From the NCBI GenBank assembly GCA_024346625.1, contig AP024666.1:186001-250000 (forward strand): 64,000 nt of DNA, in the 5' to 3' direction. Every line of letters begins with the position of its first letter. The first letter of the stretch is position 1. The translations under genes and the position numbers were made by a program. Origin of the DNA: Williopsis jadinii (taxonomy: Eukaryota). The notes beneath the pieces were generated by a model. The model saw only the letters and a program-made list of their open reading frames with translations. It did not search any database and had not been told where the DNA came from. Positions 48,665-58,377 of this stretch are shown one piece after another.

Positions 48665-51028
48665 ATGAAAGTATCATCAATACTGCTTGGTGCTCTTGCT
48701 TCTACAGTGTTAGCCCAGGCCTCTGAAGATGACAACAATGCCGGGATTGAAACAGGTGCCACTGGCAGAACCACGGACGATCAAGAATTGGAGTTCAAAT
48801 TGTTTGCAAACAACGCCTTATCAGAGGAAGATGGATACAATTTGACCTTTGTGAGAGTGACTGGTAATTGGATTGTTGATGAGGCCGATGCTGAAGTTTT
48901 CACCAATGGTGTTTCTCAAAAACTCAACCCTGATATTGTGGGCGAGAGTGCCGTTGAGTTCACAATTCCAACCGTATTGGATGATGACGAAAGCTTCCAT
49001 GCCGAGGTTAAAGCCAATGTTAAGGCCGCAGATGTGAACGTTACAACCACTTTCAGTGCTGAATTTGTTCTATCGTTTGTCAATGGAGATGGCGAGACAG
49101 TTGACCGAACTTTAACGGCTAGTACTGTTGTTGATTGGAACGTGGTATCTGATGACGATGATGACGATGATGGTAACGGCGATAACGACGATGACAATGA
49201 CGATGACAATGACAATGACAATGATGTGACACTTCCAGAGGTCATCACAACTGCTTACACAGCCGACGATCATCTAGAGTTCGAACTATATGGAAGAAAC
49301 AAGTTGATAGAGGAAGCCGGCTATAACCTCACTAGCGTCCAAGTCAGTGGAAACTGGATAGCAACAAGTGGTGATGGCGAGATAACAGGTCCGGGATCAC
49401 AGACACAGGAATTGGATGGTTTAATTGCCAGTGATGGTAGTGTTTCCGTTACGCTTGTCCAACCACTAACTGACCAACAAATCTACCACTTTGAAATCGA
49501 TGCTGATGTTAAGCCTGAAGATGTAAACGTTACAACAACGTTTATTGCAGAATTTGTTGTGAAATTCGTCAATTCTAATGGAGAAGAACTGGAAAAGACA
49601 TTTACTGCAAGTACTGATGTGGATTGGAGTAAATTTGGTGATGACGATGATGACGATGATGACGATGACAACGATGGAAATGTACCAATGCCGGTCGTTA
49701 TCACCACAGGGTCTACTTCTGATGATGACCTTGAATTTGAACTGTACGCTACAAACTCACTTGCTGAAGAAGAAGGTTATAACGTTTCAAGAGTTGATGT
49801 GACCGGTAACTGGTTTGCCAAAGATGCCGATGGTGAGATCTTGACACCGCAAATGGAACCACAAGAACTTGATGGTGAAATCGCCAATGACGGTTCTGTC
49901 TCTGTTACACTGCAAAACCCACTCTACGACGACCAAGTTTACCATCTCAAGGTTGATGCCAATGTGAAACCTGAGGATGTCAATGTCACGATCACTTTTG
50001 TTGCTGAGTTTGTCATCACCTTTGTCAATGCTGATGGTGCTGAGATTGAAAAGACGTTCAGCGCAACCACGGATGTTGACTGGAGTACATTTGGTACAGG
50101 ATCTGATGATGACGATGATGACGATGATGATGATCTTCTTCCAATAACAGCAGCTTATCGTGGTGACAACCAAACAGTTTTCTTTGAACTCTGGGCAAGA
50201 AACAGGCTTGCAGACGAATCTGGATACCTCGTTACGGATGTTGCAATAGTAGGTGACGGTTGGAAGCTCATTTCACTTGGTGCCGAAGCATATACAACGA
50301 GTGAAATTGCTGCTTCCAAAACTGCAATCACAAATGACCAATTGGAGACCAATGTTGTGAATGGTAATTCTAGTGATGTTGAAGATTATAATCCAGAGAT
50401 TGAAGTTTCTCTTCCAGGTGGTCTTCCAGATGGTGAAGTTCTCCACATAAAGCTGGAAGGTGAGTATGAGAATTTGGGAGAGATCAAAACCACTTTCACT
50501 ATAACATTTACCAGTGTGGATGCTATTGGAAGACTTCAGAAGAGAGACGAGGACTTTATTACAAAGGTCTATGTTGCAAGTTTGACTATTGAATCTGATG
50601 GCGGTTCAGATGGTGGTTCAGATGGTGGTTCAGATGGTGGTTCAGATGGTGGTTCAGATGGTGGTTCAGATGGTGGTTCAGATGGTGGTTCAGATGGTGG
50701 TTCAGAAGGTGGTTCAGATGGTGGTTCAGATGGTGGTTCAGAAGGTGGTTCAGAAGGTGGTTCAGAAGGTGGTTCAGAAGGTGGTTCAGAAGGTGGCTCA
50801 GATGGTGGCTCTGATAGCTCTGGTGGCTCTGCTGGCTCAGATGACGACTCAGGATCTAACACTCAACCTGTCACAACCCTCACACAATCCACAAGAGAAC
50901 CAGCACCAACAGCAACAACCTCCGCAACACCATCGGCTATAGTGATCAACGATACAGCAAACCTGGGTGGTAAATCAGCCATTGCAACACAATTCGGCCT
51001 CTCAGTGCTAATTTTATTCCTTATTTGA
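48665..51028 (+). CDS. Putative GPI-anchored adhesin-like protein with four tandem acidic domains, poly-Asp linkers and a (D/E)GGS stalk
   Basis: Signal peptide MKVSSILLGALASTVLAQ; repeated LEF.L...N.L.EE.GYN...V.V.GNW ... DVNVT.TF.AEFV..FVN; hydrophobic C-terminus; TATATAAA near 48586. Confidence 0.88.
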   Translation: MKVSSILLGALASTVLAQASEDDNNAGIETGATGRTTDDQELEFKLFANNALSEEDGYNLTFVRVTGNWIVDEADAEVFTNGVSQKLNPDIVGESAVEFTIPTVLDDDESFHAEVKANVKAADVNVTTTFSAEFVLSFVNGDGETVDRTLTASTVVDWNVVSDDDDDDDGNGDNDDDNDDDNDNDNDVTLPEVITTAYTADDHLEFELYGRNKLIEEAGYNLTSVQVSGNWIATSGDGEITGPGSQTQELDGLIASDGSVSVTLVQPLTDQQIYHFEIDADVKPEDVNVTTTFIAEFVVKFVNSNGEELEKTFTASTDVDWSKFGDDDDDDDDDDNDGNVPMPVVITTGSTSDDDLEFELYATNSLAEEEGYNVSRVDVTGNWFAKDADGEILTPQMEPQELDGEIANDGSVSVTLQNPLYDDQVYHLKVDANVKPEDVNVTITFVAEFVITFVNADGAEIEKTFSATTDVDWSTFGTGSDDDDDDDDDDLLPITAAYRGDNQTVFFELWARNRLADESGYLVTDVAIVGDGWKLISLGAEAYTTSEIAASKTAITNDQLETNVVNGNSSDVEDYNPEIEVSLPGGLPDGEVLHIKLEGEYENLGEIKTTFTITFTSVDAIGRLQKRDEDFITKVYVASLTIESDGGSDGGSDGGSDGGSDGGSDGGSDGGSDGGSDGGSEGGSDGGSDGGSEGGSEGGSEGGSEGGSEGGSDGGSDSSGGSAGSDDDSGSNTQPVTTLTQSTREPAPTATTSATPSAIVINDTANLGGKSAIATQFGLSVLILFLI
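50597..50812 (+). repeat. Coding minisatellite, 18 x 12 bp (DGGS/EGGS)
   Basis: GAT/GAA GGT GGT TCA units. Confidence 0.95.
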
Positions 51029-51231
51029 TATCTACTTCTTACTTTCTTTATATCTTCTATGCTTTATTTACATGACAACAAATTGCAAACGTCTAAAACC
51101 GTCGTATAGTTAAAGTGCTTGTAAGCCATTTTCTGCGCCTTATAACGCATCACCAAACGTGAAAAATTTCAAAATCCTACTCACTTTTATCTCATCTCCA
51201 GCTACAATCGCAACAAACCCCGGTCATTGAA

Positions 51232-51942
51232 ATGTCCCCTAAGAAGATCCTTTTCCTCCATGGATACGCCCAATCAGCACAGATCTTCTCTGCAAAGACA
51301 GGTGGGCTGCGTAAGGCTCTGCAGAAGTCTGGGTATGAAACTGTGTATGTAAATGCTCCGTTGTTACTTCAAGGAGATATGCCTCACTCCTCATCAACAG
51401 ATTCCGAGCTTTATGGATGGTGGCCATACGGCGCACCGGACTATGAATTAGAGACGGCAGAACAAACCATCAAGAAGGAATTGGACAAGCACGATATCGA
51501 GGACGTGGAAGGGATTGTTGGATTCTCACAAGGTGCTGGGCTTTCAGGCTATCTGACTGCAAGGTATAAGGAGTTTTTGCCACACTTACAGTGGGCCATC
51601 TACTTTTCTGGGTTCAAACTGATGCCAGAGAGGTTCCAGGAGCATTACGAACCAAAGATATCGTTACCAACTCTCCATGTGCTTGGTGAGCTGGATACAG
51701 TGGTTGAAGAGTCGAGATCCATAAAGCTTTACGATTCCTGTCATGAAGATCATCGACACTTGTTGAAGCACCAAGGTGGGCATTTCGTACCGAATAGCAA
51801 GAGCTTTGTCAACCAGGTGGTGAATTGGATTGCAGCAGTGAAGGAGGATTCAGCGAAGGACAACGAGAGTGGCTTAACAGGAGAGAAAGATGACAAGTTG
51901 GAGGACATGTTTGATGCCATTGACAACCTTGGAAAGGCATAA
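51232..51942 (+). CDS. FSH3: FSH-family serine hydrolase (Fsh2/Fsh3-like)
   Basis: ILFLHGYAQS, GIVGFSQGA, HVLGELDTVV, H.GGHFVPN; RRPE-like TGAAAAATTT and PAC-like CTCATCTC upstream; paralogue identity uncertain. Confidence 0.8.
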   Translation: MSPKKILFLHGYAQSAQIFSAKTGGLRKALQKSGYETVYVNAPLLLQGDMPHSSSTDSELYGWWPYGAPDYELETAEQTIKKELDKHDIEDVEGIVGFSQGAGLSGYLTARYKEFLPHLQWAIYFSGFKLMPERFQEHYEPKISLPTLHVLGELDTVVEESRSIKLYDSCHEDHRHLLKHQGGHFVPNSKSFVNQVVNWIAAVKEDSAKDNESGLTGEKDDKLEDMFDAIDNLGKA

Positions 51943-52042
51943 GCAGACGTTATTGGGAGAACTACACATTTTCTCCATTAGATAGAGACATCTTTCACGA
52001 AGGAGTATTTATGGTCATTATAGAGTATTTGAGTTAAATATT

Positions 52043-53112
52043 TTAGAAATTACAAGTCAAGTCGTACTTCAATTGGTAGTCCGAGTCCCAGACACCCCAG
52101 TACTTTTCAACGTCAGAGGTACCAGAGGTATCTGGTTTCCAGGACTCGTCAAAGGCCTCAAAGACGATGACGTTAACACCCCATCCTCTCATAGCACAGA
52201 TGGCATCTTGCCAGAAGTGAGCAGCATTCTCCACCGATGGAACAGAAGCCTCAAAAGCGGAACCATCGGTTGGCCAGCCAGTTTCACCGACCCAGAAAGT
52301 GATATCAGTCTCACCCTTGTCGGTTTGGATGGTTTGCAAAGCTTGCATGATATCGTCAAAGAAGGAGAAGGTGGAGTTAGCCTTTGTCTGACCTTGCCAG
52401 TAGGAGAAGGCGTTGGCAAAGACAATGTCAGATGCAGCGATAGCTGGGTGAGCGGCACCGTCAACCAAAACGTTCCAAGAGTCAACGAAACCAACTGGGG
52501 TACCAGCGTAGGAGTTACCCTCGGAGTCCTTAATATCAGCAATCAAATCCTTGACTGTTTGGATACGAGAGGCCAAGTCGCTGGCGGTCATATCATCACG
52601 GTACAACGCTTCGGAACCAACAGTGATGGCCTTGATCGTTGACTTCTTCAAAGTTGGCAAGTAGGTCTTCAATGCCTCTTGCTCAGCCTCAAAGTGGGCA
52701 TCGTCGTTTGGCCAGATACCTTGGAAGATTGAGAAACCAGCTTCCTCAGCAACTGGACCGAGGATTTGTAGAGTGTTACAGTCAGATGCAGCGTAAACTC
52801 TGACAGCGCTTGTGTAGGCTGACAACACCTCGAGCTCCTTCTTGTAGTCGGCAGCGGTTTTACAACCAGCAGAGTTTTGGACACCCAAGTTGAATGCCAA
52901 CTGGATCGAAAGGGGTTAGTTTATCAACAGAGAACAGCGCGAGAGCTGGCGGTTCCGTTAGGCAGCAACAACAAAGGACACAAAGTAAACAAGAGTCGAA
53001 AACCAGGAAGCGCCATCCCAACCCGCCAGCCAAAGAAGCCAATACTTACATCACCAACGGCGTGAACAGAAGAGAGAACAGCAGCGGTAGCAGCGAGAGT
53101 AGAAAAACGCAT
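52043..53112 (-). CDS. BGL2: GH17 endo-beta-1,3-glucanase/glucanosyltransferase; exons 53112-53050 and 52900-52043 (306 aa)
   Basis: Spliced MRFSTLAATAAVLSSVHAVGD|LAFNLGV; VYAASDCNTLQ, VGSEALYR, ANAFSYWQG, GETGWPT, FEAFDE.WKP. Confidence 0.96.
52901..53049 (-). other. Spliceosomal intron of BGL2 (149 nt)
   Basis: GTAAGT donor, ACTAAC branch at 52920-52915, CAG acceptor; phase 0. Confidence 0.93.
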
Positions 53113-54171
53113 GTTTGTTCTATAAAGTGTTGATCCGATGGAACGTAAACAATGGGAAAAAGGGAAAGAAAGGCCAAAAGTGTTGAAGAAAAAGGAAAAC
53201 GATGGAGGAGGCCAAAAAAAAACAAAACCGGTGCTCGATCGATTCGAAACCACAAAAACCAAAATAAAAACAGACGGCCGGCCAAAGAAAAAGAAATAAA
53301 AAGGGAGAAACAGTTGGGATGGGGCCGCAAAGTGCGAAATCACGCTGGCAAACTCTAGGGGCGGAGGGGAGGTGGACGGTACACAAAGACATGTTTTGAG
53401 CGGAATAGAGCAATTAAGGTTGTGGTAGGGGCAGCGCATTTCTACATCTGGCGCGGCCCAGTCCAAAAATAGACAAAACGTGAGTGTAATGTTGTCTCGG
53501 TTCTGGTTTTGGCATGATTTTCCCAACCTACGTTTCTGTGGTGATTCTGGTAAACAAGAAAAGAAGGAAGGAGAAGGAAAACAAAACAAAGCGAAAAAAC
53601 ACAGGGCATCACGTGCAGGCGTAGAGCATGCGCACGTGATGCACAACACCCAAACACCACGCCCAGGAGGCCATTCTGCTGGGCATCGGTTACAGGTGAA
53701 CACGCTGCCGTTGGCCAAGGACCGCTAGCATGTGTTGATCTCATACGAAACAGCTCAAGCGATACACCAACGTTCCACTCATCACGCCAACTCTCATGAG
53801 AACAAGCCATGTCGCCCCAACAACCAGCTAACGATCTCACCGGCTACTCTGCCTCGGCTAATACCAGACCTTTTCTGTGATTCGCGGTAGGGTCCGACAA
53901 CGATGCGGTGCTTGTAGCGTATGGACCCTCTCCAAGGCTCCAATTATGTCTACATCGAATCCACACCTGGCGCTACAGCTTTCGAAGAGGTAGGCGGTGT
54001 TCAGAATCAACTTCCCGCCACGGTCGCTCGTCGTCTTGCTGCTTATTGCGTGGATATTATCGTTGAAGAGCGCCTTGTAAGAGAGAAAACATAGGTGGGC
54101 CCTTACCGCTGTGTATCCAAACACACGACCTCAACCGCTGATCGCAAGACACTGAATTCAAGCGGATAAAT

Positions 54172-56724
54172 ATGGTCGTGAACTTTTCACGGAAGCTGTC
54201 GAGAAAGTTCAGGCCTGCTGGTTATGTTCTGGCGATTCTCTTTGCAACATGGTCGTTGTATGTGCTGATGGACATGGAGTCCGCTATGAATACGAACCCT
54301 TTTGCCGATTTTGTCAACAACGATGGTAGCGTCGACTACAGGGACAATACCAACAGAATACCAGACGAGTGGTGTTCCGAGCACATGCTTGACTCTGACA
54401 TGTACAATACGACGCATTATACAATCCCGTATCATTTAGTACGGGAGTCCCCAGCTGCTTATGAATACGACCCGAGGTTGACCAATAGCGTCTATATGCT
54501 TCAGCTCATGGAGAAAGCGCACTCATTATCTGACGTGAAGTTGCCCTTTAGTTGGTACGATTGGGTGGACCTGACGCAGCTGAACGAGTTCATCGGCCTG
54601 GAACCACAGGCAAAACCACACTGTAAATACCCATGTGGTGATACAACTGATCTTCGAAAGAGTAGGAGAAGCCCTGCCTCTTCCAAAAGAGGATCAAGAC
54701 GTCGCCGTAAGGCTAAAGATACAGCCATGAAGTGCGATGACTACTGTGAAGAAGACGTTTCCAGGGATTCACCTGGGTTCAAGGTGTTTGACCTGAATAA
54801 GCTGTCAAGTGAAAGTATGAAGAGGCTGCACGTCAAGTCCTATCTTTACTCTTCAGCAAACCTGCCAAATTCCTTAGTGTTTACCACGGACCGTGGAAAT
54901 GTTCAGGTCGCAATAGATAAGACGATGTCTGCGAATATGGTGAAGAGTGGGCTGTTGAGACAGTTTACAGAGCGATTTGGAAGTTCTTTCAACCCAACTG
55001 AGCTGGCTAACCGATTTGAAAGCCTTATGACTCACGACAAGCCGTTGAAGCAAAGGCCATATAGAATCGAGCTCGAACACGAGTCCTTCTTCTTTGATGC
55101 TCCAAACTATCTCAAGACTTCTAAGCCAGTAACCCCAAACCAAGTTGAATTCCATAAAGCCTTGGAGATATCTCTACATGTTCAGGATGAAAAGTTATGG
55201 AGGCATTTTCATGAACCAATGGTGAGAACTGGTGCACCTTCACACTACGATGCGAGGTTCTTTAATGGCTATGTTGGCTTGAATGAAAGACGCCAAACTA
55301 TTCTGTCAAGGTTATTGAAAACATGGACAAAGTTATGTGAAAATGCTGACTTAAGAGCTTGGATTGCGCATGGTGCCTTGCTATCACATAACATCAATGG
55401 AATGACATTCCCCTGGGATGCCGACATTGATGTTCAAATGCCATTTGCAGATTTGGCAAAATTAACTGAGTTGTACAATGCAAGTGTCATTGTCGAAGAC
55501 CCAAAGACAGGCTATGGTCGCTACTACTTGGATATCAACTACTCAATCACACATAGGTCAAAAGGTCACGGCTTGAACAATATTGATGGTAGATTCATAG
55601 ACATAAGTTCTGGACTGTATATTGACATCACTGGGTTAGCAGTCGCCCCAAAGAAGATTGCAAATAGATTTGCAGAGCTGTACGGCACGGTTAACGTTGA
55701 TGATATTGAGTTGATTAGTGATCCGAATATCATTATAGACGGGTATTATGATACGTTCAACAATAAGCAGGAACCGGGAAATGACGACTCTGGTCTTGAA
55801 GCTCTTGTTGCCGAGGCCGAACATGAGCAAGGAGAAGAGGAACTGGAGAATGAGATGCAACAACTAGATAGAGGTGCACTGGAGAAAAGAGCTCTGGGGA
55901 GAATTTTAACTCCAGATCAACGGTACTCTCTGAACTACTATCTACAGTTATACACTTGCAAGAACAATCACTTTTACCGTTTGCGCGAGCTGAGTCCATT
56001 AAGGCTAACTTACCACGATAAAGTACCTGTATATGTCCCCAAGGACGTCGAATCCGTTCTCAACAGCGAGTATGAGAGACAGTTGAAGCTGTGTATGAGC
56101 TATGGTCCCTTCACGTACTTGACGCAGCTGAGAATGTGGACATCAACGAGCTACCTCAGACGAACGCTTCACGATCACAGGAAGTCCAAGGATAAGAACC
56201 TCTTAACGCAAGATGACATTATGGGGCTCTTGGACAACGATGTGATTCTCGAAAACTTCATACGGTCTTGGGAAGCTGGTCAGCTGCACGAGATCGAGAG
56301 AAGCTTGATTGAAAGCGATAGGCCAGATAGGGAAATATGGCTTGAAAGTCTAATAATGAACAAGACTTTCAAGGATGAGATGGGGAGAGACCCGTTCTTA
56401 GCCTCCCTGATGAATCCTCACGTTGACAAGTCAAGCCGACTCGAGCAGAAACGACAAGAGATGAAGGACATCCTTCAGAGAGAATACACCCATACAGTTG
56501 ACTTTGGTCAAGCGGAATACAACTATAACGAGATGAAGACCATAAAGGACCACATCAAGGACTTCCAGGACACCGGCTATGATGTTGATATCGATACAAA
56601 GATTGCCACTTTGGCAAAGCTCAGTGCCTCTGCCCGGTCCCACAGGGCGAGATCAGCGCACGAAAGGGAGCTGAGCAAGCTTCAGGCGCAAAAGGCTAAA
56701 CAAGACGCTGGAGCACCACTATAG
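54172..56724 (+). CDS. MNN4: LicD/fukutin-family mannosylphosphorylation protein (Mnn4/Mnn14/Pno1-like), type II membrane protein
   Basis: N-terminal TM; YDPRLT, LPFSWYDWVDL, HYDARFF, WIAHGALL....G.TFPWDADIDVQM, NIDGRFIDISSGLYIDITGL; paralogue identity uncertain. Confidence 0.82.
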   Translation: MVVNFSRKLSRKFRPAGYVLAILFATWSLYVLMDMESAMNTNPFADFVNNDGSVDYRDNTNRIPDEWCSEHMLDSDMYNTTHYTIPYHLVRESPAAYEYDPRLTNSVYMLQLMEKAHSLSDVKLPFSWYDWVDLTQLNEFIGLEPQAKPHCKYPCGDTTDLRKSRRSPASSKRGSRRRRKAKDTAMKCDDYCEEDVSRDSPGFKVFDLNKLSSESMKRLHVKSYLYSSANLPNSLVFTTDRGNVQVAIDKTMSANMVKSGLLRQFTERFGSSFNPTELANRFESLMTHDKPLKQRPYRIELEHESFFFDAPNYLKTSKPVTPNQVEFHKALEISLHVQDEKLWRHFHEPMVRTGAPSHYDARFFNGYVGLNERRQTILSRLLKTWTKLCENADLRAWIAHGALLSHNINGMTFPWDADIDVQMPFADLAKLTELYNASVIVEDPKTGYGRYYLDINYSITHRSKGHGLNNIDGRFIDISSGLYIDITGLAVAPKKIANRFAELYGTVNVDDIELISDPNIIIDGYYDTFNNKQEPGNDDSGLEALVAEAEHEQGEEELENEMQQLDRGALEKRALGRILTPDQRYSLNYYLQLYTCKNNHFYRLRELSPLRLTYHDKVPVYVPKDVESVLNSEYERQLKLCMSYGPFTYLTQLRMWTSTSYLRRTLHDHRKSKDKNLLTQDDIMGLLDNDVILENFIRSWEAGQLHEIERSLIESDRPDREIWLESLIMNKTFKDEMGRDPFLASLMNPHVDKSSRLEQKRQEMKDILQREYTHTVDFGQAEYNYNEMKTIKDHIKDFQDTGYDVDIDTKIATLAKLSASARSHRARSAHERELSKLQAQKAKQDAGAPL

Positions 56725-56793
56725 AATCTCAAATAACAAAGGGTACACACTGTTATCTCACCACACGTTGTGGAGTACAACAGTTTGAAAGAA

Positions 56794-56999
56794 GCCACAA
56801 TTATTCCTCATCGGGGAGGAGAAACCGTACGCGATATGCGTGATCGCCTGCACGAGGTGGAACGCTGCAGGTTTCTTCACCACGATGGGGGAATGCTATA
56901 CGTATTGAGCCACAGTTATGATGAAGTGAAAGCCATTGTGGATGGTACTTTGTGCGCAATCTGCCATTCCGTATACCATTACTTAGCCACAGGGTGGCT
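56794..56999. promoter_or_regulatory. Cluster of Met31/Met32-like sites upstream of the sulfonate dioxygenase gene
   Basis: GCCACAATT 56794, GCCACAGTT 56909 (reverse complement AACTGTGGC), AGCCACAGGGTGGCT 56985; TATATATAA near 57037. Confidence 0.5.
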
Positions 57000-57133
57000 T
57001 CAGAAGATGGCTTGTTCACACCTCCAAATGAATATGTATATATAAGGCAGCTAAGAAGGCTGTTTTGTCTCTCGGGACGTTGGTTAGGACGGCGTATCGC
57101 CACACATCAAGCACTTGAGGGACAGAAAGAGCA

Positions 57134-58318
57134 ATGGCACCAGTCGCAACACTACAAGCAACACTACAAACACCACAAGACACTCCAGAAACAGCTTCCC
57201 ATGAACACAGAAACCTGGACATCCACTTCCGGAAGGGAGAGGATGTGATTGATGAAAAGACAGGGGTGCTAAGAGTCAGTGACAAGGAGTACAGGGTTGC
57301 CAATTACCCGGAATGGCTTCCTACGTGGAATCCGCATGAGACGTTCGAGCCTTACTCTGATGACTTTAACATTGGATATAGGGATCCTGCACTGGATGCT
57401 GATCCTGACTTTCCGTCGCTTTTCCCAACTGGGTCCGATGTGAAGTTGTCAGATCTCTCCCCAAAGCTTGGAACCGAGGTTCGTGGCATTCAGCTCTCGT
57501 CCCTGTCTCCAGCTGCGAAGAAGGAGCTTGCGTTGTTGATAGCCCAGCGTGGTGTTCTCATTTTCCGTGACCAAGACCTGAAAGATCAAGGACTGGAGTT
57601 CAACAAGCAGTTTGGTGAAAGCTTTGGACCTCTTCATGTTCATCCTTCCTCTGGCGCACCAGCGGACTATCCACAGTTCCATATTACTTATCGCCGGAAT
57701 GACCCTAATGAGTACCAGAAGGTCTTTGGAAAGAGAACTTCCGGAAAAGACCAATGGCACTCTGACGTCACGTTTGAGAAGTTCCCACCTTCCTACACCT
57801 TCTTTGCAATGTTACAAGGGCCTGAGACTGGAGGCGATACTCTGTTTGCAGACTGTATTGAAGCATATGATAGACTTTCACCGAGATTTCAGCAGATGAT
57901 CAAAGGATTGAAATGTGTTCATTCCTCTGTCGAGCAGGCCTCCCAGTCAAAGTTAGATGGTGGAATTGAAAGAAGACCACCATCAACAGTGGTTCACCCA
58001 CTTGTGCGCATCCATCCGGTGTTGAAGAAGAAATCGCTGTTTGTTTCGAGATTCTTCATGAAAGACATTGTGGATTTGAAGAAAGAAGAGTCCGATGCTG
58101 TTCTGGACATGCTTACAGACCACATCAACAACTCGTTCGACTTCCAAATCAGGGCAAAATGGGAACCTAACTCTGTTGTGATGTGGGATAACAGACGTGT
58201 TCTTCACACGGCTACTTTTGACTGGGACACCGGCTGTACGCGTCACTGCTACCGGATCACACCAATGGGCGAAAGACCAGTTGAAGACGAAGAAGAACTA
58301 CAGCCTTGGAACAAATGA
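57134..58318 (+). CDS. JLP1: TauD/TfdA-family Fe(II)/2-oxoglutarate sulfonate dioxygenase (Jlp1-like)
   Basis: LSPKLGTEVRGIQL, QRGVLIFRDQD, WHSDVTFE, GGDTLFAD, HPLVRIHP, WDNRRVLH; multigene family, so orthology uncertain. Confidence 0.82.
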   Translation: MAPVATLQATLQTPQDTPETASHEHRNLDIHFRKGEDVIDEKTGVLRVSDKEYRVANYPEWLPTWNPHETFEPYSDDFNIGYRDPALDADPDFPSLFPTGSDVKLSDLSPKLGTEVRGIQLSSLSPAAKKELALLIAQRGVLIFRDQDLKDQGLEFNKQFGESFGPLHVHPSSGAPADYPQFHITYRRNDPNEYQKVFGKRTSGKDQWHSDVTFEKFPPSYTFFAMLQGPETGGDTLFADCIEAYDRLSPRFQQMIKGLKCVHSSVEQASQSKLDGGIERRPPSTVVHPLVRIHPVLKKKSLFVSRFFMKDIVDLKKEESDAVLDMLTDHINNSFDFQIRAKWEPNSVVMWDNRRVLHTATFDWDTGCTRHCYRITPMGERPVEDEEELQPWNK

Positions 58319-58377
58319 AGTATGAGAAGTGATGCGGCATTGTCAAGCCAATTAACGAAACAAATTATAAAAAATTC

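Noticed and set aside
52924..53718. 264 aa Phe-rich minus-strand ORF
   Set aside because: Read-through of the T-rich BGL2 promoter, exon 1 and intron; only 53112-53050 is coding
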